NCBI GenBank assembly: GCA_976551045.1
Contig: CDPCPM010000005.1
Span: 12,896,001-12,960,000, forward strand
DNA length: 64,000 nucleotides
Reading direction: 5' to 3'
Origin: Glaucostegus cemiculus
Taxonomy: Eukaryota
The position numbers and the translations under genes are program-made. Each line of letters starts with the position of its first letter. The stretch's first letter is position 1. Positions 12,905-64,000 of the stretch are shown here, piece by piece. The notes under the pieces are model-generated. The model was not told the DNA's origin. It saw only the letters and a program-made list of their open reading frames with translations, and did no database searches.

Positions 12905-14034
12905 CATTTAGCTCAAACAAAAGATTTATTGAAACTTATACAAGAATACCCATGGCACAATAAGTTTTAAAAGCATTTAATGACATCGCACATTTTTAAC
13001 GGATAGGGTAAGAGTCTACAGGTGCAGTCCCATACAACTGAAAGCCTGTTGTACCACATGACTACAGGCCCAGTCTTTGCAAGGAATCATTCCTATTACG
13101 TATCCTGATTGTGCAGTAAGATGAAATTTTCATTACAATAGTTACAGGGACAGAAATACACACTATGTATCAAATAGTAAGGTAATGTAGCAAAATTATA
13201 ACACGCAGTGCTTTAGCCAACAAGCAAGTAACCATTTCAGTAACATTACTTTTCAAAAGAATGAATCCCCACTTCAACACTTAACACCAATGCCTGGAAA
13301 GGTTTTAATATACATCTAAAGTTTTATATTTGCACTAGAATTATTTGAAACATACAGTATAATGCAACTGAGCAACAAAAAGAAATATTGTTAAAATTAC
13401 AGCTTATTTAAAAGTGAATCAGTATACTAATTCATTCTTATATACCAACATTCTTTAATCACGCTTGCTGCACAAGACCCAGCAGTTTTTGTTAATATCT
13501 GCTGCCAGGCTAACTTGATTTTTTTGAATTAAAATGCAAATTAATGCATGTTTGCCTTTTGTTATAGCAAAGATGATACAATATTTGTTTTAAATAAATG
13601 GGAATGGAAGTTTCTACTAGTCAAGACTCAGCATAGCAACTTTAGTAAATGGAATTGGACAAGTATTTTGGATCTTTTTAAATACACATTCCATGTGCAC
13701 AATAAAAGTTTTGAAAAGCACTGCTGCCTTGCATTCCAGTAGCACATGGATGTAGATTGTTTTACTTCCAAGACAGCCTCACAAAATTGAGGAGAGATTT
13801 AGATGCTTGGACCCTAAACTACATATAAATCATCAACAACTGGTCCTTTTGTTTTTAAATGAAAGCTGCCCAATGTACCTCGCATTCTAAAGATTAGCAA
13901 CTCTGATCTCATACTCCTGGTAAATTCAAAGTAACTGGCTTGAGGACATTGGGCACAGAGTATAATGTACTGGTTCTAAATGCTCATGCTGGAGTTTCGT
14001 TGGAAGTATATGAAATGCAGGCTATTGAGTTGCT
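12905..14034 (-). other. SPTBN1: Probable 3' UTR of long SPTBN1 isoform, with candidate AATAAA at 12925-12930
   Basis: AT-rich ~1.1 kb with no recognisable repeats after the stop; first canonical minus-strand AATAAA I found is at 12925-12930. Confidence 0.55.

Positions 14035-64000
<49,966 letters not shown>

Overview
Vertebrate genomic DNA, most likely from a cartilaginous fish (inferred from HE1-like V-SINEs and abundant CR1, Rex/Babar and Penelope repeats). The window holds the 3' ~70% of the non-erythroid beta-II spectrin gene (SPTBN1) on the minus strand. I traced 23 coding exons by hand from 64000 (open-ended) to the stop codon at 14035. All have GT-AG boundaries and consistent phases: 5020 nt, about 1672 aa, covering spectrin repeats, the ankyrin-binding and tetramerisation regions and the PH domain. 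An intron read-through C-terminus matches the short PH-less betaII-Sigma2 isoform. Introns and the ~13 kb downstream flank are filled with decayed retroelements: CR1, Rex/Babar, L2 and Crack/Daphne-like LINEs, V-SINEs, a Penelope GIY-YIG remnant and a Gypsy integrase remnant. The most notable non-gene signals are (i) dispersed ~100-bp repeats carrying minimal hammerhead ribozyme cores, one as a head-to-head palindrome; (ii) one V-SINE head joined to two different LINE-derived tails; (iii) inverted SINEs bracketing a frame-closed 1356-nt exon block; and (iv) an 808-codon CR1 ORF crippled by in-frame deletions. No clearly novel gene system was found. Repeat family calls come from remembered motifs, not database searches.
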